NCBI GenBank assembly: GCA_001655205.1 | Contig: LPNZ01008880.1 | Coordinates: 1-64,000 of the forward strand | Length of the DNA: 64,000 nucleotides | Origin: Lenisia limosa | Taxonomy: Eukaryota > Protista > Breviatea | Reading direction: 5' to 3' | Part shown: piece after piece, positions 1 through 13,200 of the stretch | Position numbering within the stretch: the stretch's first letter is position 1 | Layout of the letters: each line of letters opens with the position of its first letter | Notes under the pieces: model-generated | Databases searched by the model: none | Told to the model about the DNA's origin: nothing | The model's input: only the letters and a program-made list of their open reading frames with translations | Position numbers and translations under genes: made by a program

Positions 1-2812
1 GGACATAATCGGGTCTCTTTTTTTCATTTCATCACCCCACCTTTCTTTCTTGCGGCTGTATATTTAGTAACAATAACAAGGATCTGAAAAAGGATACGAC
101 AGAAAGGCAAATTGACAAGCTTGATGTACCAAATTTAACTGCCCCTACTCAGATCAACTGTGAAGCATCTCCATTCCTCCCTCCACCATGCAGGCAGATA
201 AGGGTTGGTATTGTTAACTTTTGTGTCCCTTATTATTTAGCCACCAAGCTATTTTCTGAATACCTGACAACACTGGAGGAAGGTAGGAGGGTGCATTATT
301 CTAGGCTGGTCTTTAATTGTTGTTGTTATTTGTTTATTAATCCAGCAACTGTTTCATCTTTCAATGAAGTGGCAAGTCTTAGCAACTTGAAGAGCAGTTT
401 CTTGACCTTCAACTTTCCAGAAGAGAATTTCCACATTTTTGGTCCTAGAATAATGGAGTGAGTGGGTTGTATAAACGCAATTGAACAAACGGGTTGGATA
501 ACGGTTTCAGTCCCGCAACAGCAGAGTGCGCAATAAAACTTCTTCATAAACTCATCATAAACCGAAAAGATGACTCAGAACTTGGCGTTTGTGCTAGTTC
601 GCTGGGCACTGCGGCTTTGTACCAGTGTATTCCTGCTCATGCTAAAGATGAAGGTAACGGTGGTGTGGTGTTTTTTTTATTGTTTAGATCTTCTTATAAT
701 GATCTTGGAAATGATTATTGAGCTTGTCAGTACCAAGGCCTCGTTGAATAAATATTTAACCCTTGATGCACTTCAAGTGATGATTTCGTTGATAACAGAG
801 GTCAACCCAAAAGATGTTGAAGTGGGATTGTCTAGAGGAAGCTAGTAGCAGCCCCTTTATTAACTGCTCTAGGCACCACACCTCGCAGTTTTCGCTATAC
901 AGGCCCTTTTTGTTTCTCTAAGAGACATTGATTTCCTACATCCCTCGATTGATTTTAACAGTACTTATGCTAATTGCATTGGGTATACTCCAGGTTTGTT
1001 GAACCTCTTTGCTTTCATTCTTCATGAGAATACATATAACTCGTGTTTCAGTTGCTTCAGATGAGAGTCTATCTTCTCTTGTTATTAATGGGAAGATACA
1101 TGATCGTATTTTAAAAAAGACCTCGTCCATATTGACACAGTCATCTTCAGGCTTTTGGTTTGTAAAGCCATGTTCCTTGTATTACTCTTCAGGGTTCCGG
1201 AGTTTATCCATAACTGTTTTGTTCTGATTGATCGTATCTTTGAAAGCAGTGCTATTGGTAAAGACTTTTTAACTGGTCCTAAAACGGGTTTCCTTCAGCT
1301 TCTCTCCCACTATTTCTCTAAGTATGTTATTCCACTGCTTTCACCATGTAGCCCTCTCTCCACTGCTACTTCTCGAATAGCAATCAATCTTTTGGATAAC
1401 TCCTGTAAATACTCAGAGCAGTCACTGATTCTTGTTTGTTTTTACTTTTTCGTCATTTGATTAGATCCGAAAAATCTGCTCCACCAATCCCAATATCCTG
1501 AAGTTTATTAGGGAAGCGACTTACTCGGTTCCCTTTGAGAATGGAAAGGAAATTGCTGCATCAGTACCGTTCTCTTCAAGTGAATATACGGTTGGTGAGT
1601 ACTTCCAAATTATATGATATAATGTTCAATTTTCACATCTCGTAGCATATCTGCACGCTGTTTTCTGTCATTTCCCTGGTTGTAAACCCCGATCTTGATT
1701 TTGTGAAGGTATGTTACGAAGAAACATACCTTCTGAATTTGTTTCTTGATAATCTTTGGGCTGTAAATTTTCTTTGATGTAATCACCTCCCCTCCCTCCC
1801 ACCCACCCACCTAGCAATGCCCTGTCATGAAGCTTTTTAATGAACCAATTGGCCAACAGAAAGTTACAATCAAAACAGTGAGTACGATGAAAGAGGTTTT
1901 CCACTAATGTAACAGGTTATAAAACATGTTCTTGGCAGGCTACACCTCAGACTGCCTTCCAAGGAAATCAGTAAGGGTTTCGGGTTCTTGTTTGACCATT
2001 AGAGGCCCCAGCCCATTGGGAGGACGCGAAGTCGGTGATTGAGAGCATTTCAGCGTGTGTTTGGAACATGGCCATCCCTGAGGACGGCCGATTAGAGTTC
2101 TATTCAATGCATCATCCTATTCAGGTTGGTACTTCTCTTCCAAAGTCATGGTGGTGATGTTTTCATCTCTTCAGAGTGTTGTGGATGACATTTTGACTTT
2201 TGAGCCGAACAATCACTTTGCTCTCGTGGAGTGTGAAAAGTTGTTAAACGTATGGTAATGGTTGCCTTTTGAGTTGCTTGACATTTAATGAGACTATGTT
2301 GGATTACAGTTAATTGTGTAGCGTTTAGCAGCAGTACAGCCGCGGAAGGTGGAAGAGCTTCATCAAACCGTCAAAGAAACTCAGGCCGAGCTGAAAACTC
2401 TGAAGAATGAATTTAAAAAACTCCAAAATACTCTTATCCAGGAGGTATGCTGGGTACTGTTGTTTATCGATGATATGCCTTGGCTGATAGCCCAGAACTC
2501 AGCGCACTTCCAAGAGCTCAGAACAGACATCATTAGAATTGTGGCAGCATATGCAAGAGGGAAGGAATCTCAGGTGAGTCCATTGATGACTTGTGCAAGA
2601 TGTAGTTCCCTCTGACACTTCAGAATGAGATGGACAGCTCAGTTGGCGAAAGAGAACCTCGCCAGCCGCAGTTGGAGACTCAGCGAATGCTCGATTCCGT
2701 GTACTCATCAACGGTTGCAATTCAAGGCATTGATGAGCCCGTTACGGAGCCTCCTGTCAAACGAAAGAACGAGAAACTGTCGCAAAGGGGGAGAAAGAAA
2801 AAGAAGGAATAG
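1..2812 (+). CDS. Hypothetical multi-exon protein, 5' end outside window; helical repeats and C-terminal coiled coil with basic tail
   Basis: Successive GT-AG-flanked open segments, e.g. VPEFIHNCFVLIDRIFESSAIGKDFLTGPKTGFLQLLSHYFSK, EELHQTVKETQAELKTLKNEFKKLQNTLIQE, ending PPVKRKNEKLSQRGRKKKKE-TAG at 2812. No family recognised. Confidence 0.55.
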
Positions 2813-2899
2813 GTTGCTGTAGGTATTGTAGGATTTAATTGTGTTGTAATAATAGAATTTTGGTATTGCATGTTCCCAGGGTTTTAATTTTCCTGATAT

Positions 2900-3957
2900 C
2901 TATTTTCCTTTCCTCTCTTGCAAATCGATTAGTCTAAGGTTTTCACACGCCTGGGCAAACTGGACAACATTTAGAACTAAAAAAGTAAGTTAATGCGATA
3001 AGTATCACAGAGTGACATGATACGACAATGTTCTGCTCTCACCTTGCTTGATAAACATTCCAGGGAAAGATATCACCGTGCACCAGTACCAAGCAGAAAT
3101 TTCTGAAACCAATGAACCCAGTGAATACTGTCAAAGCATTGAGAACGTACATAGGTTGCAAACCCATCCTTCACTAACCTGGCATCATTGTGGCAAGGTA
3201 GAGAGCAATGAAAAACGATTCATTGAACATGCATGCTAAAAAGAGAGCCTGAAGAAGTCATTTCTCCATATCACAACCCCTCATCCATTGTCACTATTGG
3301 TTCCCCCCCCCCCCNNNNNNNNNNNNNNNNNNNNNNNNNNNNNNNNNNNNNNNNNNNNNNNNNNNNNNNNNNNNNNNNNNNNNNNNNNNNNNNNGTACTG
3401 GCTGTCGTCAAGTACCTGGAGGTAATAAATAAATCTCAATCGAAAATATCCAACAGTCCAAGGTTGCCCAGTATACCAACCTTATGTGAGTTTGATGACC
3501 TCAGAAGAGAGGCGTTCATATGGGTGTAATGTGAGAAGAAATCAACAGTGATGAGGAAAGGGAACTGGAAGGTGAGTAAACCATAACAATATTCATACCC
3601 AGAAGAAATACTCAGGCAGTAATTGGGCAAGAACAACTTGGAGAGCCGCAGTACTGCATCTATCTGTGATCATGTCCAGGACAGCCCCGAACTTTGTGCC
3701 TGAACTGTGAGGCATGTAATTTTACAAATGACTGGGCACCACTCACATTGATTAAAGTAACGCGCAGCATGTCCATCGAGAGCATCAAGAAGGGCAGAAA
3801 CGCTGTAGAGAACAAGGAAGAGAAGCGGCTGGTTAAACGCAATAGCAATTGCCCAGAAACCTGTTATAATCCGAAGGTATCCTGGTAGGTGAGTTAGTTG
3901 CATAAAGGCTGACGAAATACCTATAATATTTGGAACAAAGAAGTAGATCGAGACCAT
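2900..3957 (-). CDS. PIS1: CDP-diacylglycerol--inositol 3-phosphatidyltransferase (phosphatidylinositol synthase)
   Basis: Spliced translation MVSIYFFVPNIIG/YLRI...SALLDALDGHAARYFNQC/SKFGAVLDMITDRCSTA contains the CDP-alcohol phosphotransferase motif DxxDGxxAR...GxxLDxxxD. Last exon VLNVVQFAQACENLRLIDLQERKGK-TAG. One N-gap inside. Confidence 0.92.
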
Positions 3958-4297
3958 CTTAGAGACTGATATTTTTTAGGGGAACAGATTTGTGATAAAT
4001 TGTCTTTTGTCAATATAAATCTAATTACAAAACCATGAAATACTGAGAAATACACACACCACAAGCAGCAAGTTGAACCAAACCTTTTGGACAACAAGCA
4101 ACTCGGGGGGTCTATATGACTTTGTTTTTGCGTTTCTTTTTCATTTCCATATCTTTTTCCACTCTATTGAAAAAAAAACAAACATATAAAATCGATCTAG
4201 CGGAGAAATTTGCACATCCCCATTCTTAGCTAAGAAAAGCGTGTCTTATATTTGTGTAATGTAACAAGTACCGCCGTCTAAATCGATTACACACATT

Positions 4298-7200
4298 ATG
4301 ACTGATGATAATGTTTGTTCAAAGAATTCCATTTATCTCTTACCCCTGTAGCCTTGTATCGTTACAATCCGTCAAATCCTAGAGTAGGTTATTCCATCAA
4401 GGGTTTTTGGCGCGTTGACTTAACTCTTTAGGGAAGGGGCAGATTATGTTGACGTCGAAGAAATCGGATTGATGGTCATCAAATACCTTTCAGTTCTGAA
4501 GCATGAGCATGTTCAGGACGTGGTATGCTGGAATGCTAGGTGACGCTCTAGGCACTTGTGACTGAAGCGATTTTTAACAACTATGATTGTGATCTAAATG
4601 TGATAATCAAATTGGTGGGGACTTTGCTCCCAGTGAAATTGGTTTGATAGTTTCTTCAAGTAAAAGTTTAGAAAACTTTGGTCCTCAATAATACCACTGA
4701 GTTACTATGTACCCTTTTCAGGATTCTCTTTGAGCAGAACTCGAGGAAATCATTTTCTCTCTCATTTCCTTGGATTCAGGCCGTTCTCAAAACCATCCTG
4801 GGTAAGGTGGCGCCTTCAGTGACCGTATAGAACTCTGTGAGCTTGTAGTGGACCATATTGAAACAAGGTCAAAAGATGGTGTTTGTGTTCCCCTCCTCGC
4901 GGGGCTTTTCTCAAGTCCCATTCTTTCAAACGGCATCGGTGTTTCTGACCCGCCATTTGTTTGTTGAAAATGGTTTTTACTTTTTAGGAGCCAGTTAACT
5001 TTATTTTTTCCCTTGAGGAGGCCACATTGCTAATTACTTTCTTCAGTGCACACTTGACTGAAATAATGTTGGCTTATACTGGATCTTTGACACGTTAAGG
5101 TTAATGACAGGGCGGTCATTCTCATCTCTCCTTGACGGAAGTATCCCATCTTTGGCTTCTGGGGTTCAGTTCAGTTACTACTTTCCTCAGCATTCCTCTG
5201 TAGGCATAATCCAGTAGTAGTATTAAATAGTATATATTATGATATAGTATATCATACTATATGTATAAGCCCACAATTCGTTGTTCTTATTATCAGTATG
5301 TTCTACGCGCTTTGACCGAGGTGGTTCGTCAATGCTGTACTCCGGTCCCTCCCCCAGTAACATTATCTCAAAAGGTTGACCGGGTGTAAACAGTAAACCT
5401 GTTTGATATTCCATTGACACTTCAGAACACAGTGGTGCCACCTCTGTTCAAGGAGTATGTTGAAAGCAGCCAATCATCAAACTCTGCGCCAAAAGGAATT
5501 GTTCCGTTGACTCGACAAATGGACTTAGTAGGAATGGCTGTTTTAGGTAACTTCCTAGGCTTGTCCCCATGCCGACATTTTATCAGCGTTCCTACCCGCT
5601 CTTCTTGATGTGCTTGACTTTTCACCACCTTTGAGATGGAATATTCTTTCAATTGGTCAGCTGATATGGTCAATTGAATCGGTTTTGTTCAACTGGCCAA
5701 ACGAAGCATCTAAGGTTTGAAACTATTTCACCTTGTCATCTTGAGGGGCTTTTTTTGTTTTTTTCAACATTGACATGTGTCTTTTAGGTATTCGAGCCAA
5801 TGGAGCTTGCACAACGCTTGCTGGCTGCTTTGAAGTTTTTTTCATCCGCCAAGTTTGCTGAGCCACAAATGTAAGTGGGGGTTATGGAGGATACCCCTTA
5901 ATAATGGTTGCTCTGTTTGCCCTTGAACGGTTCAAATTACCGAGGTGTGGCTGGAAAAAAATAATATTTTAAACAATCAAACACCTTCTAAGAGATACTT
6001 GATCATGGACCTCATAATATCAAAACATAGGGCTCTTTTTACATTACAACACAGGGCTCTCTTTGGCAGACAGACTTCTCCGTTGGACCAACAGAAATCC
6101 GCGCTCGCTCAGACATTCCCCACGCAGACTGATCGTCTAGTGGCTCGGCTCTCGGGTATGATCTCTGTGGCCGTGGCGGCGTGCTCCAATTGCTACCCTT
6201 CAGGCGAATCTTTGGGACAGACGGTGTTGGTCGAAGTTCTGAAGTTTGAACGGTTTTCTGGACTCCTTTCTTCAGAAATCCGGTAAGTCCTGCCCTTTCT
6301 TAGTTGCTTGTTCGTCTCCAAGCTAATATTTTAGTGTTGTTCGTATGGCAGTTGGTGATGTGATCTCTCGGCTTATGGAATACTTTTCGGTTTGCTCAAG
6401 CGCTATCCATTCGGATTAATATTCAGGATCAGAACCCAAGAGTAACGCCAAATCATGATGAGCCCGACGACGAGGACATTGGTGACCCGTATCCAATTGA
6501 GACCGAGCTTTATTCAAGAGTTTGGTCGAACTCCTCCATTCCTTCACTGACTTTGTAGCTGACAATGATCAAGGACCAGATATCAAACGGTTTGCGGAAC
6601 CAACAAAGTGTGAAGTTTAATGCCCCTTAGGTCAAGCATGCACCCTATTACGGCAACTTGAAACGATCAGTCGCGTAGTGTCGGGACTGTGGAAACCGTC
6701 AAATGGGCTGCTTTTCATGCTGTCTTCCGTCTACAACCAGATCTTCTTGTCTTCTTCTTCGGAGACAGAGAGTCCCGAGGCGCTATCTCTTCTTTTTGGC
6801 GGGCTCGAAATGCTGCTCCAAGGACAACCGTCTATCTTTGAGTACCCCCAAACAGTTTGCTTGGGCTAATCCAATCATATCATTATCATTTTTTTTTACT
6901 TTATGGAGCGAAAGTCACGATTCAGAGTGTATCTCCGCTTTTTTGCGCAACAGAGAGGAAAAGACCTGTGATACTCTCAGAAAGCTATGAGGTTGGCTAT
7001 TACACATGTTCTGTCAATTTGATACTGCCTCTCGACAACTGACTTGTAGGTCTCTTCAAGCTTTACAGATGTGATCAAGAAGGCGTGGCAACTCGTGACC
7101 GCGGTCATTTGTGACCCGCATGTTGGTGGTGGACTTTAAGGGCACGAAATTGGATGGGAGGCCTTTATTATTATTTAGATGGGGCCTTTCCGCAACATTC

Positions 7201-10200
7201 TGTCAAATATAGAAGCTGATCACTTTTTTGAAGAATGGATGCAGCACCCCCCAGGTGAGACTGTTTTTTTGAAGTCACATTCTCAGAAAAGCCGGTCCTC
7301 CAAAAGCTGCTTTTAGCCTCCTTCCGGCTTCTTTCAGTTCTGCCATCACGGCACAATGACTTCTCTGGGCTCCTCTCGCAGGAGCCGGGAATGCAGGAAG
7401 GAATGTGCCAAGCCTCCCGTGAACGGTTTGATTTGTCTGCCATCTTACATCTAGACAAGTTCTTTTTGAACCTTTTCTTCAAACACCCCTTGACGAACCG
7501 GTTTTATCTGCTGCAACTGTAAGACCGCTACCCTTACTGGTTACGTTTTAGCTCGCACTTGCACGGTCATCTTTATTGGCCCCGAAAGAGTCCTTTGATA
7601 TCAACTATGAATTGTTCTCTAGTGTTGCCAAAGTACTTAATGCAGTTCTCCCCGAGGTCAACACTGTTCTTATCACCCTCAAATCCAAAAAAAGTTAGAT
7701 GCTGCCTATAGTGATAGTTTAGATTCAAGAGGTGAGCAGTCTTCACGGGCGTCTATCAGGCAGATGGACGGGGTTGTTTCAGCCTTGGAGTTCTTGATTT
7801 TCAAGTCAGTTTTATTTTGGGGTATCAAAACATTTACACTGTATTAAGATAGCATTTTTATTAGCTATATGATATTTTGATGTTATATGATATGCGGCCG
7901 TTCATAATTTTGGTTTTTTTTTCTTCTTTATTTTTGAATTATTGTATTTCATTTTTTTTTGTTATTTAGAATATCTCCTTAGATTAATCAACAAATAGGC
8001 TTCAAACGGGATTTAAGTTAAAAATTTGGGCTTCTTAGTTAGAGCTCTATGTATCCTAAATATTTTACTTTGACAAGAATTTGAAACCGACTTTTGAAAA
8101 GAAGTAGAAAACAAATAACCCCGAAAATGAAGGGTGACCGAAATAAACACAATATAGGTACAATAATATATACTACATATCGATATCATATACTATATGA
8201 TATGTATAATACTATCATATAAATATTAATATATACTACATGATATGATATCGTATACATTAGTTTGTTATAATATACTTTTTTTTACAGATATTGAATT
8301 CTCTTTATATTTTTGTTGTTTTGCAGAAAAAGTGATGTTTTGCATGACCAGGTAAATACTGCGACCAGAGTGCCTTTCTCACACTGCAGATCCTCAAGCT
8401 TCGATCCTTCTGACCTACAGTTCGCTGAGCTCTTTTCGGACGCGGCAATGTTGGGCTCTTCCCCATCCTCCTCCTTTATCATCACCGTTGTAGTCTTTCC
8501 GAATTTAGCCCTCTGCTCGAAACTCTCGGTCATTTCGTTGACATTCTCCTCAACCACAACAATATTGCAAACTACCGCGTGTACTTTCTCATCCTGAGAC
8601 GGCTCTTCCTGGTCACTTCTTCGCTCCTCGCCTTGACACCGCAAGAGGAGCTCAAAACGGCCGCAGCAAGGGAATACATTCGCATCCTGACTAAGTAAGC
8701 TGGTTTAGCTTCAAGGTTGCTTGTGAGATCGTGTCTGGTGTTGACCATGATGTAGGTATCTTGTCACTTCATGGACCCCGCTGGTCAAAGAAATTGCACA
8801 GTGGGACATGTTTATTGCAACTTTTTTGTCATCATCATGTCTCTATGCTCCGACTGAATTTCCCAATTACCCACAGCGAACATGTGTGGTCCTTTTGACA
8901 ATACAGGGCAATCTCAACACTCCGCGTGTGCATGCAATGTCTCTCGAGAGCAGATTGTGCTGCTATGAAAGACGTGGGGGAGGGGGGTCATTGAATGTTC
9001 TGTTCTGGTGACGGCAGGACCTGACTCTCAAGGAGCCAATAACACTGGTGACTCGCTTGGAGAAGTTCCAAACCGATCCGTTTGACTACGACGATGTTTG
9101 GCTTGTTGTCAGCGCGCTCACTGCTGCTGCCTCAAAAACCCAAGTTGGCTTATTGTCAATATCACAGCACAGGGCAAACCATTGTTTGAGATCATTTGGA
9201 TTATACACGAAGTCATGGTGAAGGCTGAAATTGTGTCATTCGACTCTTTGGTGAGTTCTCAGAATTCCTATACCATGGGATAGGATTTCTTTATCCATTA
9301 TTGACCGTTCCAGTTACGAAATGTCCTTTGTAATTTGGCACAAATGCAGTGGGGGGGGGGGTAGTCTCTTTTATTCTGGGTTATTTGACTTCACCATTTA
9401 GTTTGTTGGGGCTTGAGCCGAGAGGGCTCTTTGCTTTGATCCAAGAAGATCTGGCATTACAGCTTTTGAACAATATTTTGGGTGCCAAAACGGAGGAGGA
9501 GAAAGTTAAAGGAAAACAAGCTTACAAACATGTTTGTCTGCTTGGCGTTTGCTGATGTTTTAGTTTCAACGAATCTTATTACCTAATGACGAAGCGTCTA
9601 AGAAAGTCAAATACATTGAGGTTTGGGGTCAGGCCTAAGGGTATACTTGTGTACTCACGCGTCTAGCCCCACCAAGAGAATTTCCTCTCTGTTCTGTCAG
9701 ACAGTTTGTTCGAACATGCCGTCCTGAAAGACTGCGATAGTAGGACTCTCTATTTTTCTTTGTATTTCATGCAACACGTTGGTCCAGTTTATCGGTAGCT
9801 CATTGATACTTGCACACTTTCACAGTGTTTGTCGAATCAAAGTCACCCCCAACTTGCAATCGAAGTTGTTTTCTAATCCTTGGCAGTCCCAACATTGAGG
9901 AATACTCTGCGTTTCATCAACGAGGTGTCAGACAAGGAAGAGCTCTCGTTTTTTGATGTTTGTTCTAAGTTACCTTGTTCGCCCTGACCGCTTAGTTTAT
10001 GTCACGCCGCATGGGGCTTTTGGTAATCACGGTGTTGAAGACTTGGGACATGGCCGAGGCCGAGGACGTTGTCAAAGACTTCGTGACGCGGATCTGTCAT
10101 GAATGTGAGTCCGAGGATGTCCGTGACATCTCTAGTGAGAGTTGAGGAAGCCATATTGATGGAATCGAGCCAGAAGCTTGACCCCGTTCTACTGACACCA

Positions 10201-13200
10201 CTTTGCCTTGCACATGGCTACCTTGGGCCCTATTCCAATAAGGCCGCGCAACATACCGCTCTTCGACTGACACAGGAAGATGGTGGGAGGGAAAGTCAGG
10301 AAGATGGTGGGAGGGCAAGTCCAAACGCATGGTTACTGTGGTCACAGCACTGGCTGGATGTTTATATCTAACAACATCATGCCGGATATCTAACATCCAG
10401 GACAACATCATGCTGGATATCAATTTCCAGGATAACATCATGCCGGATATCTAACATCCAGGACAACATCATGCCGGATATCTAACATCCAGGACAACAT
10501 CATGCCAGATATTTAACATTCAAGACAACATCATGCCGGATACAGTTCGTCAGAAGATAAGCGCCGAATTCCATCGCATTGCACATATCACTTCTGACCC
10601 AATCTCGAAAATGGGAGTATGTTGTCCAATGGGTGGAACACTTTCTGACTGACCAGGCTGGCCTCTATGCAATGGCCCAGGCCAGACACGCCGTCCTTGC
10701 CCTCGGCCACCTCACTTTGTATTTTGTGGACAACATTCAGGCCTTCACCCCGCGTCTCCTGGCAACGATTGGTGATGTGGGCGCTTGTTGTTTGATCACC
10801 CTTTAGGCGTTCAGCTTCTATGAACTATCGCTTCCGGCAGCCTTGTCCCTGGAGCTCTTGGCAACTTTTATTGCCCAGTGCGCCAAAGACAACAAGCGTA
10901 CGTTCACTCTCGCCTAACTTTTCAGAGTACCTTCTCTCTTGCTTGAATCTTGTTATTTCCATTGCCGACCCCTATATCAATGTAAGTCATGTTTTTGCAC
11001 TTTTACCATTGTTACCCCCACCTCTATCGGCAATAATAGTTTCAGGACAAGAAGCCAACAACCAGCCAGCAGGAGAGGCTAGATTCGACAGATCCGCTGA
11101 TCGCGGGCTCCATTCTAGCCGGCGGCTTGGTTCTGGATTTCGACCCAGTGGAGGAGAGCGAACTCGTCTCGTTCGTAAGCTGAATGCTGAGGGTGACGTT
11201 GTCTAGGTCCTGCAACGCATGTATAAGACGCTATTGAGGACACTGAACTCCTTCGCCTCGTGGGACAGCTGCCTCAAGAAATGCATGGTCCTCATACCGG
11301 ACTCGGGGTTCTTTGCCACGCCCCTCCTCAAAAGCAAGTCCATAGCCTCTGTAAGTCGGGACAGGTAATGTGGACAAGGGTCAATGGATGGAGGTTTTAG
11401 AAGCATTTAACCTGGCTGACTCCCCAGGTCTGTGAGGCGAAGATCCCTGAAAAGGCCCATTTGCAGCGGCATTTGGAGCTTTTAGCCCTTCAATTGGAAA
11501 GCAAATCCTCAGCCGTCCTGGCGTGCGCCTCCATGCGCATCAAACAACTTCTTATCAGTAAAAGCCCGGAACTGCGCCGAATGCTCCTGAACCAAGAAAT
11601 CCTGTCTTTGCAGTTTCTGGTGGCACCCCTTGTTCGCCTCCTTGCACACCAGGGATTTGTGTGCCAACAAAGTGAGCCCGTTAACGAGGTAACAGTTCAG
11701 ATGCAATTGAATCACTGAAGCTCATTGGAGCGCCGGACCCCGACCTGTACCTTGATGACTCCTGCAAAGAGGACTTCAAGAAATATGTCACAAAACTTGT
11801 TTGTTGCATTGAGACTTACTCCTCCAGCCCGACGAAAAGGAAGCGTATGCGCCACTTATCTACTTGCTGTCGTACCTAATGGAAGCCATGCTTTGTGGGC
11901 GGATGCATAATGGACACAGTCAACAAACGAAAAAGACTTCCCTCACAGTTCAGCGGAATCCTCTTCAAGCATTCAGACAAGGCTGGCTTTTGCTGCTCAA
12001 GAAACCATCAGCTCCCTTGTTGTAGGCTTGGTTCCTCACGATGCCCTCACCACCTTGTAGTCGCAGCTTTCTCCGTCGAAGCAAAAAGAGTATCTCAATG
12101 CTCGTGTGCATCCCATTCACCAATCTCTTGAGTCAAGCAGGGTTCGTGGGGCTCTTTACTGGGATTCGCCCACTTGGTTTCCATGGGGACTGACCCTTGG
12201 CAGTACCGCATAAGAAGACAGCACAAAGTGATGGAAGGCCAGATCTACACGTCCGCTAAGATCACAGGGCTTCACACATGGCAAATGGAGCTCAACTTCC
12301 AACTCACCGACATGCTGTCTGATGAATGTGTTGTCAAGAAGGGGCTTGTTACTACCTCCTTTGTTCTCAACTCCTGTCCACAAATAGGTGTGCGAATAAA
12401 ACAGAACACGCAAACATGATTCAGTTATGTGATATTGCATTGGTATCCTTTTCACGCGTTGGAGCTGACCGTTCCATTCACGTCTTTTATTCAATTGTCG
12501 ACTTTGCAGTTCTTACCTTCAGCGCCTTTCTGCATGGCTCTTGTGACAGAAGCGGTCATCGAGTCTGCTCTCGACAAGGGCTCCACCAAAGTCAACTGGG
12601 TCAGGTTGGGGGTGGGGGGGTAACGTCAAGTGCCGTCTCTTGGCTTCTTATTGAGTGGTCAGGCTGCGACTGGATAAGATGAAGGACATCCCTGAAAACG
12701 ACGCCGACTCGAAACCCTTCCTCCGACTTGTTGACGAAATCAAAACGGTTGCCGCCTGCACCTTAGAGGAAATGTGAGTAGAAAAGCGAGATGCATCTGA
12801 ATGGAGACTCTTTGCACCGTTTTCACAACACAGAACACTCCCCAACAACACCATGATTGTAACGGCCAACATCTGTCGCGTCTGTCTTGACTGCTGGATG
12901 GACCTCTATCGGTGGGCCGCGTGTGAAATGTCCGACAATTTCCATCTCTGTCTTTGTCCATTGAAGTCATGTGAATTGTTGACTACTCCTGCCCCCATCT
13001 GACGGTTCCAGAATCCTTGGCAATCGGCTGAGTATTGACAAGCGAAAAATTACATTTTCCCTGATTGAGAAGGCTCTGACCCTTGTAAGCCAACCCCGTC
13101 CACCTCCTGATGACGCCCTAGATGAACACACTGCTGAAAGTCGCGCCGCCACGGTTCATGGCCCAAGCAGCTCTAAAAATCAACCTTCCAGAAGTAGGAA

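Noticed and set aside
7860-8280. ATATG-like AT-rich tracts (also about 5230, 34770 and 60480) as a regulatory or satellite system
   Set aside because: Degenerate low-complexity intronic sequence without a defined unit or boundaries.
10365-10542. CRISPR array
   Set aside because: The units are contiguous with no unique spacers, there are no cas genes, and the context is a eukaryotic intron.
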